Of a stretch of 64,000 nucleotides of DNA, positions 14,201 through 26,562 are shown piece by piece. The stretch is from positions 29,088,001 through 29,152,000 of the forward strand of contig CP068257.2 in NCBI GenBank assembly GCA_009914755.4, written 5' to 3'. Numbering within the stretch: the first letter of the stretch is position 1; each line of letters starts with the position of its first letter. This DNA comes from the human T2T-CHM13v2.0 reference genome, Homo sapiens. The translations under genes were made by a program, and so were the position numbers. The notes beneath the pieces were generated by a model. The model had not been told where the DNA came from. It made no database searches and saw only the letters and a list, made by a program, of their open reading frames with translations.

Positions 14201-16089
14201 TTTTGCAGAGGGCTTTTTTAATTTTCATTTTGCTTTGTTTGTTTTTTCACTTCACTTTTTATACTTAAACTGTTAATATTTCTGCAATACTTTTTACAGA
14301 TAGTTTAACTGAAGATCCACTTTTATTGTTTTCTAGATGGACGGTCAGTTGTATTGGCACTATTTCTCAAATAATTTTTTTTCACCATGTTGTACTATGA
14401 AGTTTACCTTATGTTATATTCTCAAAAGTACTCAGATGTGTTTCTAAATTCTTGTTTATATTCCTTTTTATTTTTCTATTCTTAAACCAAAACAATATTC
14501 TCATTTCTCATGAGAGAAAATTTTCCCTTGAGTCCTGATAATGTATTTTATGCACATTTTGAATAATTTTATTGAATAAAGAATCCAGTAGATGTCTTAA
14601 TTTACGTATCAATTTAGAAGATTTAAATTTTATGATAGATCTTTCCGGTCAAGATTACATCTGCATTTCCATTTCTTCAGCTTTTTATTTTCTTTCATAA
14701 GATATTCTATTATAGTATTGTGCAAATTGAATAAGTCTTTGAAACTTTCTTTCTAGCTTTTCCTGAGCATTGTATAGTTATAGCACATTATCAGAATCAT
14801 CTCCATTTCTAAATGTAGGTAAGCAGAAAATCTTTTTAAACTTATTTTTCTGGTGTTCATACATCTTACAAATTTTCTGATTAATTTTGCTATATTTGTT
14901 TTACTTTAATAGCTTGAGTTTTCTTTGCACACAAAGATATAATCAAAAAGATCATTTCTTTTTTCCAATGTTTTTGCCATTATTTTATTTTCTTCTCTCT
15001 TTGCACTTGATAATGATGTTGGCAGCTGCTAACCCTGTCTGCTTCTTAATAATAACTAAAATTGCTTTATTATTTGGCTGAAGTAGATAAAAACATGCTG
15101 CTTTTGCTATTTGGTTAAAATCCTTTATTATATTTAAACAATTTTCTTCTATTGTATTTTATTTCAAATATTTCAAGGTAAGAATTATTTAACTCTATCA
15201 AAGACTTTTTCTCACCTAAATATGCAATCTGAGCCAATATTTGAAGCTTACATGTCACTTACAATCTTCAGAATTTTGAAAAAGGATGGCACATATCAAT
15301 TTTCAGAAAACAGCTATTGTTGTTATGAAGATTTTCACTTTAATCAAGGATATCTGTGTTTTGTTTGCCACATAATATTAATCTTAGAAAAATGTGTGCA
15401 TTTCTGCAGTAGAAATCTACTCATCTCAAAACATGTCCTCAATGACAAATTTTCATGATAAATTTGTAATAGTGTTGCAATGTCTAATTGCATTGATTTA
15501 CATCCCAGTCGCATTTTATATCTCTTGATCTTACAGTAAATTTAACATTCTGATTACTGGTACTGCTTCTCCTGTCTTCAGAATATCCCAAGTAGTAATT
15601 TTCAGACTTATTTTCAAATCCTTGCTTGTCAGCATTTGCCACAATTAGAATATTGCAAATATTTAAGGAATACTGTTTTGTTTTTTGTTTTTTTCTATTT
15701 TGGAGCCCTTCTTTCATTTTAGTTACAATTATTTCCCAATGAAAATTCATTTCCCTTGCCTCATGCCAAGATTGCAAAAATTAGTTTTCCTAAATTGGTT
15801 GTTCTACTTTCAGGATTTAATGTCTTTATAGAAAATTTTAATTCAAAACTAAACTTAAATATGTTATGATTTTTCATAGCATTTTTCATTACTATAAAAC
15901 TTTTTAGGTTCTTTTTAGTCCCATTAAGTATGGTTACTTCCCCTACGAAATATAGTGACTGAAGTGCTATCCCAGCTTCTCACTATGGATCCCAGGCAAC
16001 TTTCTATAGCTTGTCTGTAATCAAGTTTCTGATAGCCACTAGTCTTTGCATCTTTAAAAACTACATTACATTTCTCACTCTCAGACTAA

Positions 16090-16469
<380 letters not shown>

Positions 16470-17916
16470 TAAACTGAACAAACATAAGAAACGTTCTTCA
16501 ACTAATTGAGCATCAACTAAAAATGTGTGTGATAATATGTACCCCAATCATTTGTTCAATTTCTATTAATTGAACGTTAATGAAGAAAACAAATACAAAT
16601 CCTGAGAAAAATATCTTAATGTTAAACTAACTGCAATGTGATGAAAGCATTTTATACGATAAATTATTGCTGAGACCACTGCATCAATTCACTGGACCTG
16701 TAATCATAACATATATTCAATTCCACAATTATGGAAAGTGTGTATCTGCTACTTGAAAACATTTGGTTGGAAAACATTTTATTATTTTAAATGGAAAACA
16801 ATTCAGATCCTTATTTCAAATTTTGATATCACTGAAAAGATTAGTATCGTAGGAAAAGAGATCATGTTGGAGAGTATGACTATTTTGCTTATATTCATAA
16901 TTTTAGATGTTACATCTGGAGATTTAAGAAAATATAAACGTTAATTATAGAACATCTATCACTAATTACAGGGAATATGTCTTAGAGAGCCCTGTGCATA
17001 AATGTATTAATTAGTCTCTTAAAACCCTGATTACTGCTTTCCCTTTGCAGCCTCCCATAGAGCAAAGAAATTCATTATAATGAAGAGATCTTACAAAAAT
17101 TCACATTATGCAAATTGCCTTTGGAAATACTATGAAATGTGAACCTCCCAAAAACTTTGAGAAGATATTTTATCCCATGTTATATGTAAGAAAACTGAGT
17201 TTTAGGGAGCAATTGTGTTACTAAACCAAAGTAAGAAAAGAAATAAGTAGCAAAGAAATATGCCATTGAGGACATAATCCTGGCAAATGATCATCACCTC
17301 AACTGTCCTTGAAGAGTTACCAGAATGAGATGACTGTTTCCCAGGGCAACTGAACTATTACCATATTATATCTCCTAATCTCTCTGCATCCTAGTGTGAG
17401 TAGGTTGCTATATCCCTTCAAGAACTGAAACAGACCATATTCATTATAGCATTAATCCATGAACACATTTATGAGTTCCTCTGCAATGGCTTTACTAATC
17501 TTGTTCCTCTTTTCCCTGCTTTGAGTTGCATTTTCTGTACAGATCCCAGAAATCCAGAAATACTGACTCTAACAGTAGGTAGATGCTTCAAAGCTCACTT
17601 TGAACGTGATATACTCCTTCCTAACTCTGCAATAGAATCGAGCATAATTTTTTCTTTTTGGGTCACATTATTCTTATTCATGTTGCCCTGACCCAACCTT
17701 CAATTATTTTTATTATAGAATCACTAAATTACAAAGTAGAAGTGAATAATGTGAATGAATTAATTAAGCCCAAGTTTTGAATGCACATATTTACTCAGAC
17801 TTTTCTAACTGAAGATGCAAATTCTTCAACAACTTCAGGATAGAAATGTTTACAAGACAGCCTATTCCAATTTCACACTATTCTAGCCTTTAAAAAAAGT
17901 TTCTTTGTTTTTTGCT

Positions 17917-18090
17917 TTTTTTTTTTTTTTTTTTTTTTTTGAGACAGGATCTCACTCTGTTGCCCAGGCTGGCGTGCAGTCGTGCGATCATGGCTCACTG
18001 CAACCTCAACCTCCCAAGCTCAAGTGACCCACCCACCTCAGCCTCCTGAATAGCTGGGACTACAGGTGTGCACCATCATGCCTGGCTAAT
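17917..18090 (-). mobile_element. Alu fragment (right monomer plus tail only, minus orientation) inserted in duplication unit A
   Basis: A 24-nt poly-T run followed by gagacaggatctcactctgttgcccaggctggcgtgcagtcgtgcgatcatggctcactgcaacctc...gcctggctaat. It is absent from the homologous position of unit B. Confidence 0.8.
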
Positions 18091-20719
18091 CCTTGCATTT
18101 TTTTCATAAACATGATATTTTGCAGAAAAAACAATTTATCTTGTAAAATTTATTTGTCTTTAAATTCTACCCATTGAATCTTGTGGTCTTCAGTGGAAAC
18201 ACAAAGCAGAATAAACCTAATTTTCTGTCTCACACATACACACAAGAAGTCTTTGAAAAATGCCAAACAACTTAAACATAAAACAAGCATGAAACAGAGT
18301 ACAGAGATAAACTCATTTACAAGCAATAACGGAGAATAGAGGTGGCAACACCAACCAATGACAAAGGGTTTAGTAGGTGGTGTTAAAGAAGCTGGCTTAA
18401 TTCAGTGAAAAGGGAAACTGGAGCACCGCATATAAAGGTAGGCTCCAGCTGGACTAATGATCTGAGTGTGAAGTGTAAAACTTTAAAAATAATAAAAGAA
18501 AATGTAGCATATCTTTGACATAAAAATAAGGTAGATCTTCTCAAAAAATAACAAATCATAGATTTAAAATGTTTGTTCAATTATGCACGATATGAGCAAA
18601 AATAAATGATAGTTTTGGCGATATTTGCAATGTCTAAAAATGACAAGGAAATTTATCAAGAATATACAATGAAGTCCTACAAATCAGTAAGAAAAAGACA
18701 GAAATCTCAATGGAAAAATGGGCAAAGGATATGGAAGAGAAACCACAAAGGTTAACACATACTGGAAGAAATGAAAATGTTCAAACCCGTTAGTAATCAG
18801 AGATATGCAAATTAAAACAGCAAGATAACTTTTTACTTCTCAAAAAAACATTAAAAGGTGATATAAAACAATATTGGCACATGTTTGAGGACATATAAGC
18901 TGCAATTTGGCAGTTTGGACTGATGCAGACATCCTGGAGACTAACCTGATGGTACTTACTAAAATAAAATATAAACACATCATTTGTCTCAGCAATTTAC
19001 ATTTTGGATTGATTCTCATAGAAGCCCATGGAGGACATGTTCATTGCACCAGTGCTGTGCTGAAGAGGCTGGGTGTGATTTAAGTGTGCATCCCTGAGAT
19101 ACTGAATGGACAAAATCTTGTGTATTAACCACATGGAGTACCAACCAACAATTAGAAATGATAGTTTAAATCTACACATAATAGCATAAATGAGACTTTC
19201 AACACAAATAGCACTGAGAGAGAAAAGGTCTTCAGAGGATATAAAATAACACCATTTACATAGATTTAAAATATTTAATAAAATGACCGACTTTCTTGGG
19301 ACTTTGAAAACATGAATAAGGATGGTTGCATATGAGATAAATTGCAATATGGCTATAAATGAGAGATGAAGGTGGAAACCAAAAAGAAATAAAAGAGAAT
19401 AAATAAATTATTATGTTAGCAAAATATTAAAACACATAAAGATCCATGCGTGTTCAAACAATAACATTATATGAATAGGGGAGTATATTAATCCTCTACA
19501 TTTCAAGAAAAAAATTAGTGAAGACATCAGTTGTGCACCTGCCCTAACTAAAATTGATGTAAGGACATATATTAATTTACCTAAGATTTTGCTTGCTCAG
19601 CCTTTTGTCCTTTCCTCTTGATCCCCAAGACCTATAAAATTTGGGCACACATTCTTGGCTGACTAGCACAACCCCAGTCCACAACCCCCTTTTTTTTTTC
19701 ATTACACCCATCTTCAGATAAGAGTGGCCGCAGAACACATGTGTCCAAACAGGGCAGTCAAAAGTCTTCCAGGAAGTGTTCACCTTCCCCACAATGAAGG
19801 AAAAAAGTTTTAAAAGGCCTGATGTTCATCATTTATCCTTAGTCGTGCAGGATGTTGGTCATACACAGCAACCACTTTGAAACCATGAGTATGAAAGTCA
19901 CACAGCAGGAGTGGGGAGTGGGAAGACAAAAGGGTCCTGATGTTTTCTGACTTCCTTGAGCATTTGTAGTAGTCTTATCTGCTTGGTGCAATATTTCTTG
20001 TTTTATGTATTTTGAAAGCTATTAACATTAAATTAATAATGTTGCCTCTTAATTCCCGTGACTTAAGCCCAGGACAGCCAGTCATTTCAGGACTAGTGCA
20101 TTAACCTCGTAAGTAGATTCCTTTTCTCACTAATCTCCTTATTTTAGTCCTTTGGTCATGCATATTATAATATTTTAGTGTGATGTTTGTGTTTGTGTTT
20201 AGATATGAATGTAAATAATTAACATACAAAGAATTTAGAAAATACGTAAAACAGCCAATATTTGGATTCAACCAATAAAATATTATCTTATTTTAAGTTG
20301 CCATCACCCATCTTGTAAGGAAGCCACAAACCCTGAAACTAATGCTGATTCTGACATGAGACCAGTTTTCCTACTGAACAAGGCTTTTTATTAAGAAACT
20401 TCCATTTTTATTCCCTTGTAGTATGCACCAATTACGTGGCCCTCCTGTGCTTTTTCAGAAATCCACAATACAAAGACAGAGAAGATGATGTAAAAATTTA
20501 CAATGGAAAATTAATCAGAATAAAATCTTCTGTCTTCAGTGATGTGATGGAACTACTCAGTCTCCATCCACTGCAAACAGCTTCTTGTATGTTCATTCAG
20601 ATAGTTAGTGGACCATAGTTAATCTTTACTTAGATGTGAAGATAATGGGTAGGGGAGATTTCAACTGGACTTGATCTTGGAGAGGTCATCATTAAGGCAA
20701 GGATCATCTGTGGTGATGA

Positions 20720-22237
20720 TTAGCAGCAAGAGGAATAGCATCTTCTGTAGCAAAATGGTCGACAGCCCCAGCAGCCAGAGCTGTATTTACAGCCGTAGGG
20801 AGAGCCGAATCCATATCCAGAGCCATATCCACAGCCATAGCCAGAGGCAGAGCCATATCCACAGCCATAGCCACAGCCATAGCCAGAGCCAGAGCCATAT
20901 TGACAGCCGGAGCCATATCTACAGCCAGAGCCATATCCACAACCATAGCCACAGCCAGTTCCATATCCACAGCCATAGCCAGAGCCAGAGCCATATCCAC
21001 AGCCATAGCCAGAGCCAGAGCCATATCCACAACCATAGCCACAGCCAGTTCCATATCCACAGCCATAGCCAGAGCCAGAGCCATATCCACAGCCATAGCC
21101 AGAGCCAGAGCCATATCCATAACCATAGCCACAGTCAGTTCCATATCCAGAGCCGTATTGACAGCCAGAGCCATATCCACAGCCATAGCCAGAGCCAGAG
21201 CCATATCCACAACCATAGCCAGAGCCATATCCACAGCCATAGCCAGAGCCAGAGCCATATCCATAACCATAGCCGCAGCCAGTTCCATATCCAGAGCCGT
21301 ATTGACAGCCAGAGCCATATCCACAGCCAGAGCCAGAGCCATATCCATAACCATAGCCACAGCCAGAGCCATATCCACAACCATAGCCACAGCCAGTTCC
21401 ATATCCAGAGCCGTATTGACAGCCAGAGCCACATCCACAGCCAGAGCCACATCCACAGCCAGAGCCATATCCACAGCCATAGCCAGAGCCAGAGCCATAT
21501 CCACAACCATAGCCAGAGCCAGAGCCATATCCACAGCCATAGCCACAGCCAGAGACATATCCACAGCCATAGCCAGAGCCAGAGCCATATCCACAGCCAT
21601 AGCCAGAGCCAGAGCCATATCCATAACCATAGCCACAGCCAGTTCCATATCCAGAGCTGTATTGACAGCCAGAGCCATAGCCACAGCCAGAGCCATATCC
21701 ACAACCATAGCCACAGCCAGAGCCATATCCACAGCCATAGCCAGAGCCAGAGCCATATCCATAACCATAGCCATAGCCAGTTCCATATCCAGAGCTGTAT
21801 TGACAGCCAGAGCCATATCCACAGCCAGAGCCATATCCACAACCATAGCCACAGCCAGAGCCATATCCATAACCATAGCCACAGCCAGAGCCATATCCAA
21901 AGCCATAGCCAGAGCCAGAGCCATATCCACAGCCATAGCCAGATCCAGAGCCATATCCACAGCTATAGCCAGAGCCAGAGCCATATCCACAGCCACATCC
22001 ACAGCCAGAGCCATATCCATAACCATAGCCACAGCCAGAGCCATATCCACAACCATAGCCAGAGCCAGAGCCATATCCACAGCCATATCCACAGCCAGAG
22101 CCATATCCATAACCATAGCCACAGCCAGAGCCATATCCATAACCATAGCCAGAGCCATATCCACAACCATATCCAGAACCACAATCATATCCACAGACAG
22201 AACCCCAGGCAGAGCCATATCTGCATATGTCCTCTTA
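20720..22237 (-). pseudogene. KRTAP21-like paralog with massively expanded Gly-Tyr-Cys-Ser repeat (~504 stop-free codons in the KRTAP reading frame); conserved C-terminal tail ...GCRPFCYRRCYSSCC*; no ATG, no MCCNYY N-terminus, no TATA box
   Basis: Minus-strand translation in the frame set by the conserved 3' end gives ...RYGSAWGSVCGYDCGSGYGCGYGSGYGYGYGSGCGYG... and ends ...GSGYGFGSPYGCKYSSGCWGCRPFCYRRCYSSCC with TAA at 20720-20722. The C-terminus and 3' flank are homologous to KRTAP21-2 at 26563. The TTG-initiated 518-aa track ORF 20704-22260 (AVDMALA frame) stays in constant register across the whole array, which means there are no frameshifting indels, and the GY-frame codons seen (gga/tat/ggc/tgt/tct/ggt/act/gac/caa/tac/agc/gtc) include no stops. 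The nearest upstream in-frame stop is TAA at 22235-22237. Confidence 0.8.
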
Positions 22238-23060
22238 GATCTGCCTTTGCTGCATCCCAACGTTTTGGTATGTTATGCTTTTATTTTCGTTTGTTTCAAG
22301 ATATCTTTAGTTTTCCTTTCTTTTTATTCTTGACTCATTTGTTGTTTATGATGATGTTGTTTAGTTTTCATATATCTGCACATTTTCCAAAATTCCTTCC
22401 ATTATTGATTTGTTGATTCAAACCATTGTGGTTGGAAAAGATACTTAATATAATCACAGTCTTCCTAAATATATTAAGACCTGTTTTGAAACACATTTCA
22501 AAACAACAAAAGAAAACTTAAATATGTTAAGACTTCTTTTGAAGCATGTTTTCTGTGTTTTGAGCAGAATTGTATTCTGCTGCTGTTGGATGAAATGTCC
22601 TATATACGCCTATTAGGTCCATTTGCTCTAAAGTATAGTTCAGATCTAATGGTTACTTACCTATTTTCTATCTGAATAATCTGTTCATTGATGAAAGAAT
22701 AATAATAATAATAGTATAATAAAATACAATAATAAAATAATAGTAATATTACATTGTAAATGTCTCTTCAACTATATTAATATTTGCTTTACATTTTTAG
22801 GTGTTTGACATTGGGTACATATGTGTTTATAATTGTTATGTCTTCTTGATGAGTTAATCCATTTACCATTATATACTGACTTTCTTTTCCTTGTTTTACA
22901 GTTTTTTTTAATTCAAAGTCTAATTTATTTGATATATGTATATGGTCTTTTTTTGTTTCAATTTGCATGGAATACCTTTTTCCATCCTTGTTCTTTCAAT
23001 CTATATGTGTCCTTAAAAGCAACGTGAGTTTCTTGTAGGCAACATTTAGTTGGGTCTTTG
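22238..23060 (-). mobile_element. L1 ORF2 N-terminal (endonuclease-domain) fragment, antisense, truncated at both ends; abuts the expanded KRTAP-like repeat at ~22235
   Basis: The minus translation at 22958-23060 reads ...[34 protein letters not shown], which is L1 ORF2 ~aa 25-60 (QDPSVCCIQETHLTCKDTHRLKIKGWRKIYQANG). Near 22250 the minus strand reads taccaaaacgttgggatgcagcaaaggcagatctaagagg, which is L1 ...YQNLWDAAKAVLRGK (~aa 345). The intervening 22300-22900 is co-linear L1 EN sequence (gaatacaattctgctcaaaacacagaaaacatgc ~ STEYTFFS...). Confidence 0.7.
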
Positions 23061-23061
23061 T

Positions 23062-23414
23062 TTATATATATACGGATATATATATATATGAATATATATA
23101 CGAATATATATATATGAATATATATACGAATATATATACGAATATATATACGTATATATATACGTATATATACACGAATATATATACGTATATATACGAA
23201 TATATACGTATATATATACGAATATATACGAACATATATACGAACATATATACGAACATATATATGAACATATATATATGAACGTATATATGAATATATA
23301 TATATGAACGTATGTATGAATATATATATGAATGTATGTATGAATGTATATATGAATATATATATGAATGTATATATGAATATATATATGAATATATATA
23401 TGAATATATATATG
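23062..23414. repeat. AT-rich minisatellite, degenerate 10-12 bp unit (TATATACGAA / TATATATGAA / CATATATACGAA), ~30 copies, CpG retained in most units
   Basis: atatatatacggatatatatatatatgaatatatatacgaatatatatatatgaatatatatacgaatatatatacgaatatatatacgtatatatatacgtatatatacacgaatatatatacg... The Tyr/Ile-rich track ORFs 22958-23565 are translations of this repeat. Confidence 0.9.
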
Positions 23415-26216
23415 AGCATTTTCTTGTTTTCTGGGTGTTTTGTAGATCTTTTCTTTCCTCCTCTCTGCTGTCTTCCATTGTAATTAGATAACGTTTTTCT
23501 ACTGATATATGCATTCCACAGTGAGTACTTCCTGGGATCCCTTCAATAACTGAAATAGATCCCACACATTATTGCAGTAATATCTTACCACTCTAATGAG
23601 CGCTTCTGCAAGGGTATTACTAATCTGTTGTCTTTCTTTCTCCTGCTTTGGAAACCATTTTCTGCATGGACTCCCAGAAATCATTTAAAACTTGATCTAA
23701 CAGTAGGTTAGCCTCAAAACTCATGTGAAACCTTACATTCTTCTTCCTAACTCTATAATAAAATTGAGTATTATTTCTTGGCATTATAGGCCATATCATT
23801 CTTATCCAGCTTGCCTACAACTAACATTCAATGATCCTTTACATATACAATCACAGAATTTCAAAGTAGAAGTGAATGATGTGGATAATTTAATTAGGTC
23901 CACGTTCAGAGTGCAGAATTACTCAGAATTTTCTAGGGGGTGGAGATACAAATTATTCAATAACTTCAGGATAGGGATGCTAACAAGACAACTTATTCCA
24001 TCTTCATACTGTGTTAGCCATTTGAAAAGTGTCTTATTTTTTTAAGTCTTCCTGTCTTTAAATTCTATCCATTGGACCTAGTTGTCTTCAGTGAAAAAAC
24101 AAACCAGAATAAACCTAATTCTGTATCACACATATACCTTCCCTGCAAAACCTTTTAAAAATGCTAAGAAATATAAACATAAATCAAGCATAGTACAAAG
24201 TCCAGAGACCAACTCTTGTATATGTGATAAAATCATAGACTAACGATGGTCACCACCAATCAGTTACAAATGGTGAGCTGTTTAGTAGGTGGTGCTGGAG
24301 AATCTAGCTTAATATAATGAAAAATGAAACTGGACCACCATATATAGAGGTGGACTCCAGGTGGATTAATGATCAAAGAGTGAAATGTAAAAATTTTCAA
24401 TTGACAGATGTAGAATATCAATGAAATAAAGATAATATGTATCATCTTTTAAATAACTAAAAAGTCAGAAATTACAGTTTGCAATGTGGTGCAATTATGC
24501 ACACTATTAACAAAAATAAACAAATGACAGTTTGTGAGATTTTTCCAGTGTCAAAAATAACAAGGGAATTTTATTAGGATTATACAATAAATGCCTACAA
24601 ATCAATAAGAAAGAGACAGACACTTCTGTTTAGAAAATGAGCAAAGGATGTGGAAGAGAAAACATTAAGGATAACACATATGGAAAGAAAATTGTTCACA
24701 CCCATTAATAATAAGAGATACATAAATTAAAACAGCAAGATGATATCTTTGTCACTGTGCAAACAAGCAACATTAGCATGTTAGAGTAAACAAATATTGT
24801 TACATATGTGAGGACAGATTTTGGGATTGACTTTCATAGAAGCCCATAAGGGTCACGTGTTCATTGCAGCAATGTTGTGCTGAAGAAGAGCTGGGTGTGA
24901 TTATGTGTGCATCACCGAGATAGCAAAAGGCAAAATCTTGTGTATTAGCCACGTGAAGTATCATATGGCAATGAGAAATAATAGTCTAAATGTACACGTA
25001 GTAGCATAAATGAATCATTCACTGCAATTGTGCTGAAAGAAAAGGGGTTTTAAAATATATATATAATAATACAATTTAAATAGGTTGAAAATATATAGTA
25101 GAATGGCCAACTTTTGGGGGATACTGACAAGATGAAAAGGGGTATTGCATATAAAATAATAAATAACAAGGTGTTTATGAATGAGAGATGAGTGTGAGAA
25201 TGGAAATAAAAGATAAATGTAAGAGAATAAATAAATTACTCTGTTAGACAAAAAAAAATAGAAAAAGGGAAAAGAGCTATGTGTGGACAAACAGTAATAT
25301 GATATAAATAGGACAGTATATTAAGCTCAAACCTCTACACTTGAAGGAAAAAAATGAGTGAAGTCATAAATTGTACCCCTTCCCAAACTCAAATTGCTGT
25401 AGGAACATATGGCCATTTACCTGAGGTTTTGCTTCCTCAGTCTTTTGTCCTTTCCTCTTGATCCCAAAGACCTACATACTTTGGGCACACATGATTGCTG
25501 ACTAGCAGAACCCCTGAACACCTTTTTGTTCTTTACACACCTTTAGCTAAGAGTGGTCACAGTACACATGTGTACAAACAAGGGCAGTCAAAATTCTTCC
25601 AGGAAGAGTGTCCCTTCCCAAATAAGAGGACAAAGTTTTAAAAGACCTGATGCTCTTCATCATTTGTCCTTACTTGTGCAGAATGTTGGTCATACACAGC
25701 AACCACTTTAAAACCATGAGTATGAAAGTCACACAGAAAGGGTGGGGAGTGGGAACATAAAAGAGCCCTGATCCTTTCTCACCATCTTGAGCACTTGTAG
25801 GAGACTTATCTGCTTAGTCTAAGATTTCTTGTTTTACATATTTCAAAAGCTATTAACATTAAATTAATATTGTTGCCTCTTAATTACCTTGACTTAAGCT
25901 CAAACAAGATAGTCATTGCTGAACTAGTGCATTAACCTCATGAGTAGATCCCCTGTCTCATTCTTGGTTCTATTCTAATTCTTTTTTCATGCATATTTTA
26001 AAATTTTGAGCTTAATATTTGTGTTCATGTTTAAATAAAAATGTAAAGAGTTAACATACAAGGAATTAAGAAATATGTAAAACACAAGTATTTGGATTCA
26101 ACCAATAAAATAACGTTGTCTTATTTAAAGTTGTGGTCACACAGCTTTTGAGGAAGCCACAAAACCTCAAATTAAGGAGACATTAAGGAGACCAGACTTC
26201 TTAGTGAGTAAGGCCT

Positions 26217-26222
26217 TTTATT
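26217..26222 (-). other. candidate AATAAA poly(A) signal for the KRTAP21-2-like gene (~340 nt 3' of stop); uncertain
   Basis: + strand tttatt in ggccttttattaagaaa. No canonical AATAAA was found closer to the stop on the minus strand. Confidence 0.3.
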
Positions 26223-26562
26223 AAGAAAATTCTATTTTTTTTCCATTTTAGTATGCTCCAATTATATAGTCCTCTTGTGTTTCAGCAAATAGTCATGGCA
26301 CAAAGATTCAGAAAAAGATGTAAGAGCTTACATTAGAAAATTACACTAGAAAATTAATCAGAATAAAATCTCCTCTCTTCAGCGATGTGATGAAACTACT
26401 CAGTCTCCATCCACTGCCAACAGCTTCTCTTATATGCATTCAGATAGTCAGGTGACCATAGTCAACCTTTACTTAGATGTGAAGATAATGGGTAGGGGAG
26501 ATTTCAATTGAACTTGATCTTGGAGAGGTCATTGCAAAGCCAAGGATGACCTGTAGTGATGA

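Larger units (their letters stand above)
17300..22237 (-). repeat. Segmental duplication unit A (paralogous to 23440-26900): KRTAP21 3' flank plus 3'UTR plus coding tail, here carrying the expanded repeat and an Alu insertion
   Basis: Co-linear blocks align by eye at ~80-85% identity: 17385-17900 vs 23535-24040, 18100-19560 vs 24050-25400, 19560-20300 vs 25395-26100, 20300-20760 vs 26100-26620 (for example ...cttagatgtgaagataatgggtaggggagatttcaa(c/t)tg(g/a)acttgatcttggagaggtcat...). Block boundaries are approximate. Confidence 0.75.

Noticed and set aside
20704-22260. 518-aa minus-strand ORF (AVDMALAVAMVMDM...) and 235-aa WLWLWI ORF (21135-21842)
   Set aside because: These are shifted frames of the same repeat (TTG start for the first). 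They are useful only as proof that the array has no frameshifting indels. The biologically meaningful frame is the GY frame set by the conserved C-terminal tail.
20671-22416. 581-aa + strand 'ORF' rich in His/Ser/Gln (HSHSQSQSHIHS...)
   Set aside because: It is the antisense translation of the Gly-Tyr repeat array. It starts on TTG, not ATG, and has no promoter or domain logic. It is open only because the repeat lacks stop trinucleotides.
23062-23414. Considered whether regularly spaced short repeats could be a CRISPR array
   Set aside because: This is eukaryotic primate sequence (Alu/L1/KRTAP). The repeats are contiguous 10-12 bp AT-rich units without spacers, so this is a minisatellite, not CRISPR.
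22958-23565. 153- and 167-aa Tyr/Ile-rich minus-strand ORFs
   Set aside because: They are translations of the AT-rich TATATACGAA minisatellite. Their distal parts run into L1 ORF2 antisense remnants.
26217-26222. Poly(A) signal assignment for the KRTAP21-2-like gene
   Set aside because: The nearest canonical AATAAA on the minus strand is ~340 nt from the stop, whereas I expected roughly 130 nt. There may be a non-canonical signal nearer 26430-26450 that I could not identify. It is kept in the features list only at low confidence.
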